The notes under the pieces were generated by a model, which saw only the letters and a list, made by a program, of their open reading frames with translations, did no database searches and was not told where the DNA came from. Shown one piece after another: positions 35,901-45,452 of a DNA stretch of 64,000 nt. Source of the DNA: Candidatus Pacearchaeota archaeon (GTDB lineage: Archaea; Nanobdellota; Nanobdellia; Pacearchaeales; DTIR01). The position numbers were made by a program, and so were the translations under genes. The stretch covers positions 433,528-497,527 of the forward strand of contig JAGVXL010000001.1 of NCBI GenBank assembly GCA_018303805.1. Direction: 5' to 3'. The number at the start of each line of letters is the position of its first letter. Position 1 is the stretch's first letter.

Positions 35901-38198
35901 ATGATCTTCAGGCCAGAAACTGCTTTATATGATTTTGAAATTATAAGGGAAGCGGGGGAGGATGTTATGTACATCAATTATCTCGGAGCAACAACAGTCC
36001 CAAGCATCTCTGGTTCAGCTGTATGCATGGCGCGGACAATTGATTCCCTCGTTGAAAACCCGAAAGTTTCAAGAATTGTTTTTGTCCAGCAGAGAAACTA
36101 TAGCTATGATTTCCCGCAAGTATCCCTGCTTGTTGAAATTGCCCAGCTTTACACACATCTCCTAAAGCAGGAGAGGGTAATCAGTGTTGAAAGGCTCGCG
36201 CCATTTGCATGCAAGAAGTGCCTCCCTCAAAGATACAACTCCATGAATTACCTTATCCTTACTCTCTTAAAGCAGGACCCTATTGGCTGCTATGTTGAGG
36301 CAAGGAGATTATTGAGGGAGGAAAGAATAAATGCAGAAAAACTGCCAGAATCCTGCAAAAAGTGCGAGGATAATTATCTTGCGCTGCTTGAGAAAATATT
36401 AGGGCTGATGGAAAACACCCAGCTTGTAAAACAGGCAAGGCCCCATATCGAGGCATACCATATAGGCAATAGGGAGGTTTATACAAAGTTATTCAATGCA
36501 GACATAATCCCCAATTTCACATTCACAAGACTCTCTGCCTCATTTCCAGAAGAGAGCGAGATTGTTGCGCAATACGATGTTCTTTCTGGTTATGACAGAA
36601 GCAATGTAACAATACTAAAATTGCCCTCCCAGCCAAAATTCCTTTATCACATAACACCTCCTGAATTCCAGTTAAGGGAGGATTATTACATGCTTCTGAA
36701 CTTGGCGAGGAATGTTTTGATTGAACACAGGCCTAAAGCAGAAGAGTTTACAGATCCAGAGAGGACACGGCAGGTTTTCTTTTCAATAGCGAGAGATTTG
36801 CTGCAGGAACTTGCTGACAACAAGAAGATAAAGCTTGCTTACAGGCAGTTGAACAAGCTTGCAGCAATTCTTGTAAGGCATACAATTGGTTTCGGATTGA
36901 TTGAGGTTCTGCTCCAGGATGAAAAGCTGCAGGATATTTCTATTAATTCTCCAATAGGGCAGACTGCAATATTCGTAAGGCATGCAGAGTTTGACGAATG
37001 CTACACAAATATAATGCCTTCTGTGGAAGATGCAAACTCCTGGGCTGCCAAATTTCGCATGCTGTCAGGAAGGCCGCTTGACGAGGCGAACCCTATCTTG
37101 GATACAGATTTGGTTTTAGGAAATGTAAGGGCAAGAGTTGCTGTAATCCAGCAGCCATTAAGCCCTTATGGCTTGGCATATGCATTCAGGAGGCACAGGG
37201 AAAGCCCCTGGACCCTGCCCCTGTTTATCAAAAACAGGATGCTTAATCCATTGGCAGCAGGCCTGCTCAGCTTTATGATTGATGGGGCGAGAACAATGCT
37301 TGTAGCAGGAACAAGAAGCGCAGGAAAAACGAGCCTGCTTGGAAGCTTGATGCTTGAAATTATGCCAAAATATCGCGTTATAGTATTAGAAGGAACAATG
37401 GAATTGCCTGTTGATGCATTAAGAAAACTTGGCTATGATATTCTAAGAATGAAGGTCAGAGAGGCTTTATTGAAAGAAACAACAGAAGTTCCAGCAGATG
37501 AAGGAATTCGTACATCTTTGCGTTTAGGAGATTCCTCTCTTATAGTTGGAGAAGTTAGAAGTCTTGAAGCAAAGGCATTATACGAGGCAATGAGAGTTGG
37601 GGCCTTGGCAAATGTTGTTGCAGGAACAATTCATGGAGCATCTGCTTATGGAGTTTTTGACAGGGTAGTAAATGATTTGCAAGTGCCAATAACATCATTT
37701 AAGGCAACTGATTTGATAGTTGTTGTTAACCCTATAAAAACAGCAGATGGCTTGCATTCTTGGCGCAGAATGGTTTCTCTAACAGAAGTAAGAAAACACT
37801 GGACAAAGGACCCTCTTGAAGAGAAGGGGTTTGTTGACTTAATGAAGTATAATGTGCAAACTGATGAGCTTGAGCCGACTGCAGACTTAATCTCGGGGGA
37901 AAGTGAAATTATTAAGGCAATTGCCTCAAATGTCAGGGGCTGGGCAGGCAATTGGGATGCTGTATGGGATAACATTTTGCTAAGGGCAAACATAAAAGAG
38001 CATATTGTCAAGACAGCAGAAAAATTAAAAATGCCAGAACTGCTTGAGGCAGAATTCAATGCATTAAGCAACAATGCATTCCACCAGATTTCAGACAAGG
38101 TCAGGGAGGAGATAGGGCTGCCAGAGGGCAAGAGAGTGCTTAGAGAATGGACTGACTGGCTGAACAGGGAAATCAGGAAAAAGAGACTTGTAGTGTAG
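35901..38198 (+). CDS. Type II/IV secretion-family ATPase (archaeal PilB/FlaI-like) with long N-terminal extension
   Basis: Walker A GTRSAGKTS, VLEGTMEL, Walker B LIVGEVR, His box GTIHGAS; 765 aa. Confidence 0.85.
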   Translation: MIFRPETALYDFEIIREAGEDVMYINYLGATTVPSISGSAVCMARTIDSLVENPKVSRIVFVQQRNYSYDFPQVSLLVEIAQLYTHLLKQERVISVERLAPFACKKCLPQRYNSMNYLILTLLKQDPIGCYVEARRLLREERINAEKLPESCKKCEDNYLALLEKILGLMENTQLVKQARPHIEAYHIGNREVYTKLFNADIIPNFTFTRLSASFPEESEIVAQYDVLSGYDRSNVTILKLPSQPKFLYHITPPEFQLREDYYMLLNLARNVLIEHRPKAEEFTDPERTRQVFFSIARDLLQELADNKKIKLAYRQLNKLAAILVRHTIGFGLIEVLLQDEKLQDISINSPIGQTAIFVRHAEFDECYTNIMPSVEDANSWAAKFRMLSGRPLDEANPILDTDLVLGNVRARVAVIQQPLSPYGLAYAFRRHRESPWTLPLFIKNRMLNPLAAGLLSFMIDGARTMLVAGTRSAGKTSLLGSLMLEIMPKYRVIVLEGTMELPVDALRKLGYDILRMKVREALLKETTEVPADEGIRTSLRLGDSSLIVGEVRSLEAKALYEAMRVGALANVVAGTIHGASAYGVFDRVVNDLQVPITSFKATDLIVVVNPIKTADGLHSWRRMVSLTEVRKHWTKDPLEEKGFVDLMKYNVQTDELEPTADLISGESEIIKAIASNVRGWAGNWDAVWDNILLRANIKEHIVKTAEKLKMPELLEAEFNALSNNAFHQISDKVREEIGLPEGKRVLREWTDWLNREIRKKRLVV

Positions 38199-38254
38199 CA
38201 GTATAGAGATGGATAAAAAAAGATACTTCTTTCAATATAATTAGATGATTAAAT

Positions 38255-38425
38255 TTATTTTCTTTTAATTTGTTTGTATTCTGCCAGTTCCTTTAAAAAT
38301 TTTCGCATTGCTTCTTTCACAATCTCTCCTCTTGAGGTGTAACCTAACCCACTTTCTTTCACAACTTTATCTATCTCTCTAATTAGTTCTTCTGGTAGTG
38401 CTACATTGGTATATTTACTAACCAT
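38255..38425 (-). CDS. Ribbon-helix-helix (CopG-like) protein, 56 aa
   Basis: Below the ORF-track cutoff. Own translation: MVSKYTNVALPEELIREIDKVVKESGLGYTSRGEIVKEAMRKFLKELAEYKQIKRK. Confidence 0.6.
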   Translation of the reverse strand: MVSKYTNVALPEELIREIDKVVKESGLGYTSRGEIVKEAMRKFLKELAEYKQIKRK

Positions 38426-38538
38426 AGTTAATCAATTAGAGACAGATTAGCTATAAATTCTCTTTTGGCAACCTATTATAAATGTATAGTAAATGGATTA
38501 GAAAGTTTTAAAAATATGGATCTCTTACTCGGATCAGA

Positions 38539-38790
38539 ATGGGTAAACAAGGAAGTCAAGCAGGTTGGATAGTCTTAGTAATTATAATTATTTTACTTAT
38601 TGGACTAGGAATTTATATTTTTTCTAACAGTGAGGCAAAAAAGACAGTGTGTGGTACTCATACAGAAACGTATACCACAAGCGTAACTGGATGTGACAAT
38701 ATGGCAAACTGTCAATGTCTACATAAAACCTGGATAGGTTTAGGTTCTTGTGATAGTTGCGAGTGCACCAAAGAAGTAAGTAACTGCTGA
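38539..38790 (+). CDS. Small Cys-rich secreted or pilin-like protein
   Basis: MGKQG/SQAGWIVLVIIIILLIGL N-terminus; 8 Cys in the 50-aa ectodomain. Confidence 0.5.
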   Translation: MGKQGSQAGWIVLVIIIILLIGLGIYIFSNSEAKKTVCGTHTETYTTSVTGCDNMANCQCLHKTWIGLGSCDSCECTKEVSNC

Positions 38791-38797
38791 TAAAAAA

Positions 38798-39535
38798 ATG
38801 AAAAATAAAGATAATAAAGATAAAACAGAAAAAGGAAGTCCTAAATGGTTTTTGCCAATTTTAATATCTATAATTCTTTTAAGTATATTAGTGATTTTTG
38901 TATCTTATAACTTAGGTAACACTTTAACTGGAAATGTGATAAATACACCAACAAACCAAAATCAGCAAATACAGAACCAACAAACCAAAAAATCTTGTAG
39001 GGATGTGCAGGTTCCTTATGATTATTTAGAAGAATATCAGGAAACTGTTCCTTATACTGATAGAGAATGTGAAACAAAAGAACTCGCTTATTCTATTACT
39101 AATTTTGTAATGAGTTATAATACTTGTGACAAACAAGAGTATATCTGCAAAAATACTTTTTTGGGAATTTGTACAGAAAAAACTTATTATTGTGTAGATA
39201 AATCTGTATCTTGCGCTTTAAATCTTAAGAATTTAGATAATGAAGAACGGGGCACTTGGCAGACAACTTTTAGTTACATAGACAAAAACACAAGAGATAT
39301 AGTCAAAAAGGATACTATAAGTAAGTTCTTATATCCTCAAACTGAAGAAATTTTAACCTCTGCTGCAAGAATAAGTAGCACAGGTGTTGAAGGGGATGCA
39401 AATAGGGATATAACCTGTACTTATGGGGTGATAGCCATCCCAACAAAACAAGTTTGTAGAGATGTAACCCAGTATAGGGAAGTCACAAAAACAAGGGCGG
39501 TTACAAGATATAGAACTGAACAGAAATGTGATTAA
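38798..39535 (+). CDS. Cys-rich secreted or pilin-like protein
   Basis: ...KTEKG/SPKWFLPILISIILLSILV N-terminus, Q/N-rich linker, 12 Cys; CRDV motif occurs twice. Confidence 0.5.
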   Translation: MKNKDNKDKTEKGSPKWFLPILISIILLSILVIFVSYNLGNTLTGNVINTPTNQNQQIQNQQTKKSCRDVQVPYDYLEEYQETVPYTDRECETKELAYSITNFVMSYNTCDKQEYICKNTFLGICTEKTYYCVDKSVSCALNLKNLDNEERGTWQTTFSYIDKNTRDIVKKDTISKFLYPQTEEILTSAARISSTGVEGDANRDITCTYGVIAIPTKQVCRDVTQYREVTKTRAVTRYRTEQKCD

Positions 39536-39668
39536 ATCCTTCTTAATAACCCCCTTTCTAATAAAAAGTAAAGATACTCAACTACTAACTTCTATTAATT
39601 TTTTATATTTTAAAAAACTTTAAAAGTATCTCATGCTTTTCTTCCAGTATCCAAAAAGAGGTTGAAAT

Positions 39669-41798
39669 ATGGCTAAAGTGGATGATATTCTCAAGAAATA
39701 TGGAAGCAAGATAGAATCTGAAATCCTCACAGAGAAGAACCTTGAATACAGCAGGGAATACAAGCAGTTTAAGGAAGAGGCAATGCCCACCCTCACAAGA
39801 TTTGAGAGGCTGTGCAAAAATATCGGCAGCATGATAAAAATCAGGGTTAAAAAAAGTGATGAGGAGAGGATAAACAAAAACCTGCAAGCAGCGCATCTGG
39901 ACATAACCGCAGGAGATGTTATGGCTTTTTCAACAATTATCCTGGTTCTGGGGTTGTTTATTTCGGTGGTGACCCTCATTGGCATTTATCTTGCGACACA
40001 GAGCTTTTCATTTATTGCATTCTTCCTGTTTTTCTTTTCCTCCTTATTCCTGTTTTATTTTGCCGTAACCGCTCCCGACAGGATCGCAGAATCATGGAGA
40101 TTAAAGGCAAGCTCGCAGATGGTGCCTGCAATTTTATATGTTGTCGTTTATATGAGGCATACAAGCAATCTGGAAAGGGCGGTGAAATTTGCTTCAGAGC
40201 ATCTGCAGCCGCCTCTTGCCTTGGACTTCAAAAAGATATTCTGGGATGTTGAAGTTGGCAAGTATTCAACATTAAAAGAAAGCTTGGATGCTTATCTGGA
40301 AACATGGAGGGGTTATTCTACAGAGTTTATTGAGGCATTTCATCTGATAGAAAGCTCTTTGTATGAGCCAAGTGAAACAAGCAGGACTGCAACACTGGAA
40401 AAATCCCTTGATGTTATCTTGAATGGTGTTTATGAAAGGATGCTGAAATTCACCCACAATGTAAAAACACCATTAACAAATTTGTATATGCTGGGCATTG
40501 TTTTGCCCACTCTTGCCCTTGCCTTGCTGCCTCTGGCTTCGACATTGCTGCAAGGGGCGATAAGATGGCATCATGTGATGATCTTATTTAATTTGATTAT
40601 TCCATTCTTTGTTTTTTATCTTACAAGCGGTGTTTTAAGCAAAAGGCCGGGGGGATATGGAGAGACAGAACTGCTTGAGCAAAATCCAGATTACTATATT
40701 TATGCTTCAAAACAGCCATATCTTATTGCCTTGTTTGTCTTATTGCCTATGCTTTTTATCGGCTTTTTGCCCCTGCTTTTTCAATACACTTCATTGCCGG
40801 AGATTCTTGGCTTGGAAAAGGATTTTACAATAGCTCTGTTCGGCAATATAAAATTCTTTGATTTCAAACAGGCAGCAGGAGCAACAACAGGGCCATTTGG
40901 CATTGGCGCGGCACTACTCAGCCTGCTGATTCCTCTGGGTATTGCATTATTCTTTTCAACAGCATACGGCCTGAAAACATCCCAGCTTGTAAAAACAAGA
41001 ATAGAAACAAAGGAGCTTGAGCAGGAATTTGCGTCTTCCCTGTTTCAGTTAGGCAATCGCCTGGGAGATGGCATACCCGCAGAAATTGCATTTGGCAGAG
41101 TGGCAGAATCAGTAAGGGGGACTAAAACTGAAAATTTCTTCAAAACAGTTAATGCAAATATACATCAGGTTGGTATGTCCCTTGAAAATGCAATATTCAA
41201 CCAGAGAAGGGGCGCAATAATTTACTATCCTTCTGAACTTGTAAAAACCTCCATGCAGATTATGATGGAAGCAGTGAAAAAAGGGCTGCAGGTTGCTGCA
41301 AGAGCCCTGATGAGCATCTCCCAATATATAAAGAATATAAACAAAATAAACGAGAGATTGCAGGATCTTTTGGCAGACATTGTTTCTGACATGCGCAGCA
41401 ACATGACATTCCTCGCCCCGGTTTTGGCAGGCATAGTTACAGGGCTTGCTGTGATGATTACAACAATCCTCAGCAAGCTTGAATTGATGCTTTCAATGCA
41501 GGGCACAGAGGGCATGGCTGGAATTGAAACCGCAGCGCAGCTGACAAGCATGTTCAATGTAACGACAATGATTCCGCCTTATTTCCTGCAGATTATAGTA
41601 GGCATATACATCATAGAAATAATCTTTATCCTTACAGGAACACTTGTCAAAGTTGAATCAGGGGTGGACACATTAAGCGAGAAAGCACAAATTGCCAAGA
41701 ATCTCAAAATAGGCGTGATACTCTATGCATTAGTCGCATTAATTTCAATAACCGCCCTCTCGCTGCTTGCATCAGTTGCAACAGGGGGATTGGCATAA
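39669..41798 (+). CDS. Type IV pilus/archaellum platform protein (PilC/FlaJ/TadC-like)
   Basis: 709-aa polytopic membrane protein with two large cytoplasmic helical domains, in a locus with the ATPase. Confidence 0.65.
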   Translation: MAKVDDILKKYGSKIESEILTEKNLEYSREYKQFKEEAMPTLTRFERLCKNIGSMIKIRVKKSDEERINKNLQAAHLDITAGDVMAFSTIILVLGLFISVVTLIGIYLATQSFSFIAFFLFFFSSLFLFYFAVTAPDRIAESWRLKASSQMVPAILYVVVYMRHTSNLERAVKFASEHLQPPLALDFKKIFWDVEVGKYSTLKESLDAYLETWRGYSTEFIEAFHLIESSLYEPSETSRTATLEKSLDVILNGVYERMLKFTHNVKTPLTNLYMLGIVLPTLALALLPLASTLLQGAIRWHHVMILFNLIIPFFVFYLTSGVLSKRPGGYGETELLEQNPDYYIYASKQPYLIALFVLLPMLFIGFLPLLFQYTSLPEILGLEKDFTIALFGNIKFFDFKQAAGATTGPFGIGAALLSLLIPLGIALFFSTAYGLKTSQLVKTRIETKELEQEFASSLFQLGNRLGDGIPAEIAFGRVAESVRGTKTENFFKTVNANIHQVGMSLENAIFNQRRGAIIYYPSELVKTSMQIMMEAVKKGLQVAARALMSISQYIKNINKINERLQDLLADIVSDMRSNMTFLAPVLAGIVTGLAVMITTILSKLELMLSMQGTEGMAGIETAAQLTSMFNVTTMIPPYFLQIIVGIYIIEIIFILTGTLVKVESGVDTLSEKAQIAKNLKIGVILYALVALISITALSLLASVATGGLA

Positions 41799-41820
41799 GA
41801 ATTAAATTAATCTCTCTAAA

Positions 41821-43857
41821 CTATTTATAAATAGGTATCCAAATATCACCCTTGTCCTTTTTTTCGGGATTATATTGAATCAAAGCTGAATCATCTTTAT
41901 TATCAGGGCCATAATGATAAATTATAACTCTGTTTGGTGTATCTTTAATTATGAATTCAAAACTCCCATCATAACATTCTGCAGCCCCTTTTATATTCAG
42001 CCGGTCTCCAGATCTGATCATGCCTAACTTGGCAAAATTGCTGTAATGGCAAGAAAAAAAAGAAGGCTCTGAAAAATTACTGGATATTTCATTAAAGATT
42101 ATCTTTTTTTGTATCTCCCTGTTTTTGCTGATTTCATTCAGGATACTGCACACAACCCTTGCAAGCCCAGCTTCACTCTCCCCACTTCTGTCTAGCTTCC
42201 ACCCTTCTTTTGTCCTGACAAAAAATGCATTTCTATATCCATCAAGAACCCAGACTTCTGCCTCAACAGTGTTTTTGTTTACAAATTCCCCGTGCATGCT
42301 GCCTGTGTAAGGCAGTTCTTTTATAAACCGCCATTGTGGGATAAGGCCTTCCCTTTCGGCAACTTCCCTTTTTGTAATAGAACTTAAAGAATCCCTGTCC
42401 CGCATTTCTTTTTCCCAAAGAAATAATTGTTTCTCAAAATTAGTTTTGTCCCGCATTTCCCAGTTCCTTTCCTGCATTGCTTTTTTATATGCATCAAAAG
42501 TTCTTCTTGGACTGGAAAGATAAGGAACATAATTTCCTGTAAAGGAATATTCATTGACAAGCCTGTTTAGGCTTTTTGCATTATCCTGTATCGCTTGAGC
42601 TTCTTGCTGGAACCTTTGATGTTCTGGCAAGTCAGTTATATTGCCCTCAGTCTCCTTATCCTGCAGCGAGGAGAGCATATCCATAAAAGGCTGAATTTGT
42701 GCGCTCCACAAATCTAGATTTTCATGCAATTTTTTCTTTTCCTCAAAACTGAAATTTCTCAGCTGCTTTTTATGCCAATAATCTGCCAGGAAATTTTCTA
42801 GTTTATTTGAGATTAATCCAGCATGCCCAATAATCTTTCCTGCAGCGGTTTCATCAAGCACATTTTCATTTTTCATGTCCACTTCTATTATCTTTATCAA
42901 AGCACCGGATTTTTTTGTCTGTGTGCCGTATTCTGCTTTCTTCAATTCAGCATCAGAATTAACAAAAAATGCAAAGCTGCCTGGCTTGCCGTCAAAATTT
43001 ATGCTTATTAGCCTGCCTTGTTCTGGTGTGGCAAGGAAATAGGATGGGGAATAAATTCTATAGTCATACTCTTGCTTTAAATATTCTATAATTTTCTCTC
43101 TTTTTGACTTCACATCTTCTGCAATCAGGTCTTCAAGCTTCATACTACTAAATGCGAGGATTCCCACAGGATTGCTGGATTTCATTATTTCAGCAACAGG
43201 GTTGGTTGGGTACAATTTTTTCACAACAGCATCAGCAAGCTTTCCATATGCTTCCCTTTCATCATTCATGCTGTCCTTCTCCAGATTTTGCATGCCAAAC
43301 TCGTTTCTTTCCTGCCCAAGAACATATGCCTCATCAACCTTTCTTGTTATCTTTGTGCCCTTTGGATAAAAGATTCCAATGCTGTTGTATTTATACCAGT
43401 CAAAAGAGTAATCTTGAGAATCAAGCTTGAAATCCAGGCTAATCTCCCTTCCATTTTTGACAACATTCACATTCAATTTAGGAATTTCATAAGGCTCAAA
43501 TTCAGGGATATTCCTTGTTAGTGGCAGAGTTGATTCAGAGAATTTTATCTGCATTTCACTTGGATTCTGCCAGAAGAATTCATCAGTTTTTAAAACCAGC
43601 TTTTTTCTATTTTCTTCTGTTTCGTAAGCAAGTTTGTCAAGCAATGAGGAAGCAAGCATCTCTCTTGCCTCTTTCTCTCCAATGCCTGGATGCAGCCCAA
43701 ATTCTTTCCTTTCAGTGTCAATATTTATTTCATATTCTTTATTCTCATGCAGAATTTTTCTTTCAATAATCTCAGCATTTGCATGATGTATTGGTGAAAG
43801 AAAGAAGGCAGTTGCCAGGCTATATCCAACGAGTCTTTCCCTTAACCCCTTAGTCAT
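41821..43857 (-). CDS. Large secreted protein, no recognisable domain
   Basis: Sec-type signal ...ATAFFLSPIHHANA/E; 678 aa; divergent from the pilin operon. Confidence 0.5.
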   Translation of the reverse strand: MTKGLRERLVGYSLATAFFLSPIHHANAEIIERKILHENKEYEINIDTERKEFGLHPGIGEKEAREMLASSLLDKLAYETEENRKKLVLKTDEFFWQNPSEMQIKFSESTLPLTRNIPEFEPYEIPKLNVNVVKNGREISLDFKLDSQDYSFDWYKYNSIGIFYPKGTKITRKVDEAYVLGQERNEFGMQNLEKDSMNDEREAYGKLADAVVKKLYPTNPVAEIMKSSNPVGILAFSSMKLEDLIAEDVKSKREKIIEYLKQEYDYRIYSPSYFLATPEQGRLISINFDGKPGSFAFFVNSDAELKKAEYGTQTKKSGALIKIIEVDMKNENVLDETAAGKIIGHAGLISNKLENFLADYWHKKQLRNFSFEEKKKLHENLDLWSAQIQPFMDMLSSLQDKETEGNITDLPEHQRFQQEAQAIQDNAKSLNRLVNEYSFTGNYVPYLSSPRRTFDAYKKAMQERNWEMRDKTNFEKQLFLWEKEMRDRDSLSSITKREVAEREGLIPQWRFIKELPYTGSMHGEFVNKNTVEAEVWVLDGYRNAFFVRTKEGWKLDRSGESEAGLARVVCSILNEISKNREIQKKIIFNEISSNFSEPSFFSCHYSNFAKLGMIRSGDRLNIKGAAECYDGSFEFIIKDTPNRVIIYHYGPDNKDDSALIQYNPEKKDKGDIWIPIYK

Positions 43858-43914
43858 TTTCTTCCTATAAAAATCTCCCTTAAAAATCTATTGGAGCGGC
43901 ATTGTCTAATTTGT

Positions 43915-43959
43915 GGGACTTTTAATAATTTCTTTATAATACTTTTCATAAAAAGTCCC
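43915..43959. promoter_or_regulatory. 9-bp inverted repeat in the divergent promoter region
   Basis: GGGACTTTT-N27-AAAAGTCCC. Confidence 0.4.
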
Positions 43960-44001
43960 GATTATCTGATAGGGTCTTGGGGTTAAATTTATTAATAATC
44001 A

Positions 44002-44187
44002 ATGCCTTCTGAATTTATGAAATCAAAAAGAAGTGTTATGAAAAAAGGCATTGCCTTTGAAACTCTTGCAAAATGGATTATTGCCCTGCTTGTTTTAGCA
44101 ATAGTTGTGCTTGGCATAGCCCTGCTGAAAGGAAGGGGCGCGGATTTAATAGAAAAAATCAATAACCTGTTCAGGTTTGGGAGATAA
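44002..44187 (+). CDS. Prepilin-like protein 1
   Basis: Class III-like signal MKKG/IAFETLAKWIIALLVLAIVVL. Confidence 0.55.
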   Translation: MPSEFMKSKRSVMKKGIAFETLAKWIIALLVLAIVVLGIALLKGRGADLIEKINNLFRFGR

Positions 44188-44188
44188 A

Positions 44189-44389
44189 ATGGAAATCACC
44201 ATAGACACTATCATTAAAGTGATATTAATCCTCGTTGTTATTTTGGTTGTTGGCGCCAGCCTGTTCTTGTTTTGGAATAATTATCTTAAGCCCTATTTTT
44301 CAGGCATTGGCAAGGAAGTTGCAGGAATAGCAATCTTAAGGCTGAAGACAAAAAGGTTTAAAAATATGAACTGCTTGAAAAAATCATAA
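44189..44389 (+). CDS. Small TM protein in the pilin operon
   Basis: ATG at 44189: MEITIDTIIKVILILVVILVVGASLF. Confidence 0.4.
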   Translation: MEITIDTIIKVILILVVILVVGASLFLFWNNYLKPYFSGIGKEVAGIAILRLKTKRFKNMNCLKKS

Positions 44390-44400
44390 AAGGGGCAAAA

Positions 44401-44766
44401 ATGAACAAAAGAGGGGCTGAAACTACAATAGGCACGATTGTTGTTGTTATTCTTGCAGTTGTTGTTCTTGCGGTTGTTATATACGGATTTTCGACAGGAT
44501 GGAACAATCTCTGGGAAAGAATCAAGTTTTTTACCCCTGCAGCAGAGAGCATAGACGCCGTGATAACCAAATGCAATACCAACGGTTTGGCGCAATTGGA
44601 TACTGTATTCTGTTGTGAAAAGAAAAGTGTCATAATCTCTGACCCAAAAAATCCGGAAAAGAAGACATGCAAGGAACTTAAGAGTGAGGGATATACCCGA
44701 ATAACATATGATATAGACTGCACAGACATCTTAGAAACACAGGCGTGTAAAACAATGCTCGGATAA
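44401..44766 (+). CDS. Prepilin-like protein 3
   Basis: MNKRG/AETTIGTIVVVILAVVVLAVV; 6 Cys. Confidence 0.6.
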   Translation: MNKRGAETTIGTIVVVILAVVVLAVVIYGFSTGWNNLWERIKFFTPAAESIDAVITKCNTNGLAQLDTVFCCEKKSVIISDPKNPEKKTCKELKSEGYTRITYDIDCTDILETQACKTMLG

Positions 44767-44804
44767 TAAGCAAGATTTAAATAATTCTTTTTGTTTTCCT
44801 GTAG

Positions 44805-45308
44805 ATGCCTGTAATGTATAGTAAAGACAAAAGAGGGCTTGCAAGGTTTGTGATAGGGCTTATAATAGGCATTATTTGTGTAATTCCCCTGCTTTATCTT
44901 GGCTCAGCACTAATGTCCCTTTTCTTCTCAAACCAGCAGGAAATCCTGCAAGCAAAAGGGACTCTTGAAGAGATTTACAATTCCATAACACCTCTTGCAA
45001 TAGGGGAATCAGTCCCAACCCCTTTGCTTGTTTACTCTCCAGCCGGCTGGTGGCTGCTTGGATTTGACAAGGAAAGCAAGACATATGTTGGCTTGCTTGG
45101 CAAGGAAGTAAAGCCAAAAAAGGAATGTGAAAATAAAATCTGCCTATGCATATGCCAGAATGCTGCAAATTGCGAGAAGAAATCTGCATGCCTGGAAATG
45201 GACAAGCAATTTACAATGAATAATGAAAATCTGGCAGTCCAGATTAACATAATCAATCTGGATATAACAAACAGAGAAAAATTTTATGAGGTTGAAACTG
45301 TCAAGTAA
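44805..45308 (+). CDS. Prepilin-like protein 4
   Basis: ...KDKRG/LARFVIGLIIGIICV; Cys cluster CENKICLCICQNAANCEKKSAC. Confidence 0.55.
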   Translation: MPVMYSKDKRGLARFVIGLIIGIICVIPLLYLGSALMSLFFSNQQEILQAKGTLEEIYNSITPLAIGESVPTPLLVYSPAGWWLLGFDKESKTYVGLLGKEVKPKKECENKICLCICQNAANCEKKSACLEMDKQFTMNNENLAVQINIINLDITNREKFYEVETVK

Positions 45309-45310
45309 AA

Positions 45311-45448
45311 ATGGGCAAAATTACAAAATTATTGCAAAGGAAAAAAGCGATGATTGAAGGCCAAGTTTTGATTGATTGGCTGTTATGGATAGCTTTCTTA
45401 GCACTAATTGGCTGGGGAATAATTTATTTACTTAAAAAATTTACATGA
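45311..45448 (+). CDS. Small TM/prepilin-like protein, 45 aa
   Basis: Below the track cutoff. Own translation: MGKITKLLQRKKAMIEGQVLIDWLLWIAFLALIGWGIIYLLKKFT. Confidence 0.4.
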   Translation: MGKITKLLQRKKAMIEGQVLIDWLLWIAFLALIGWGIIYLLKKFT

Positions 45449-45452
45449 ACAA

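Noticed and set aside
38214-39590. Short shared 9-mer AAAGATACT near both ends of the lower-GC pilus insert, considered as target-site duplication.
   Set aside because: A 9-mer in AT-rich DNA is too short and imperfectly extended to support an insertion boundary.
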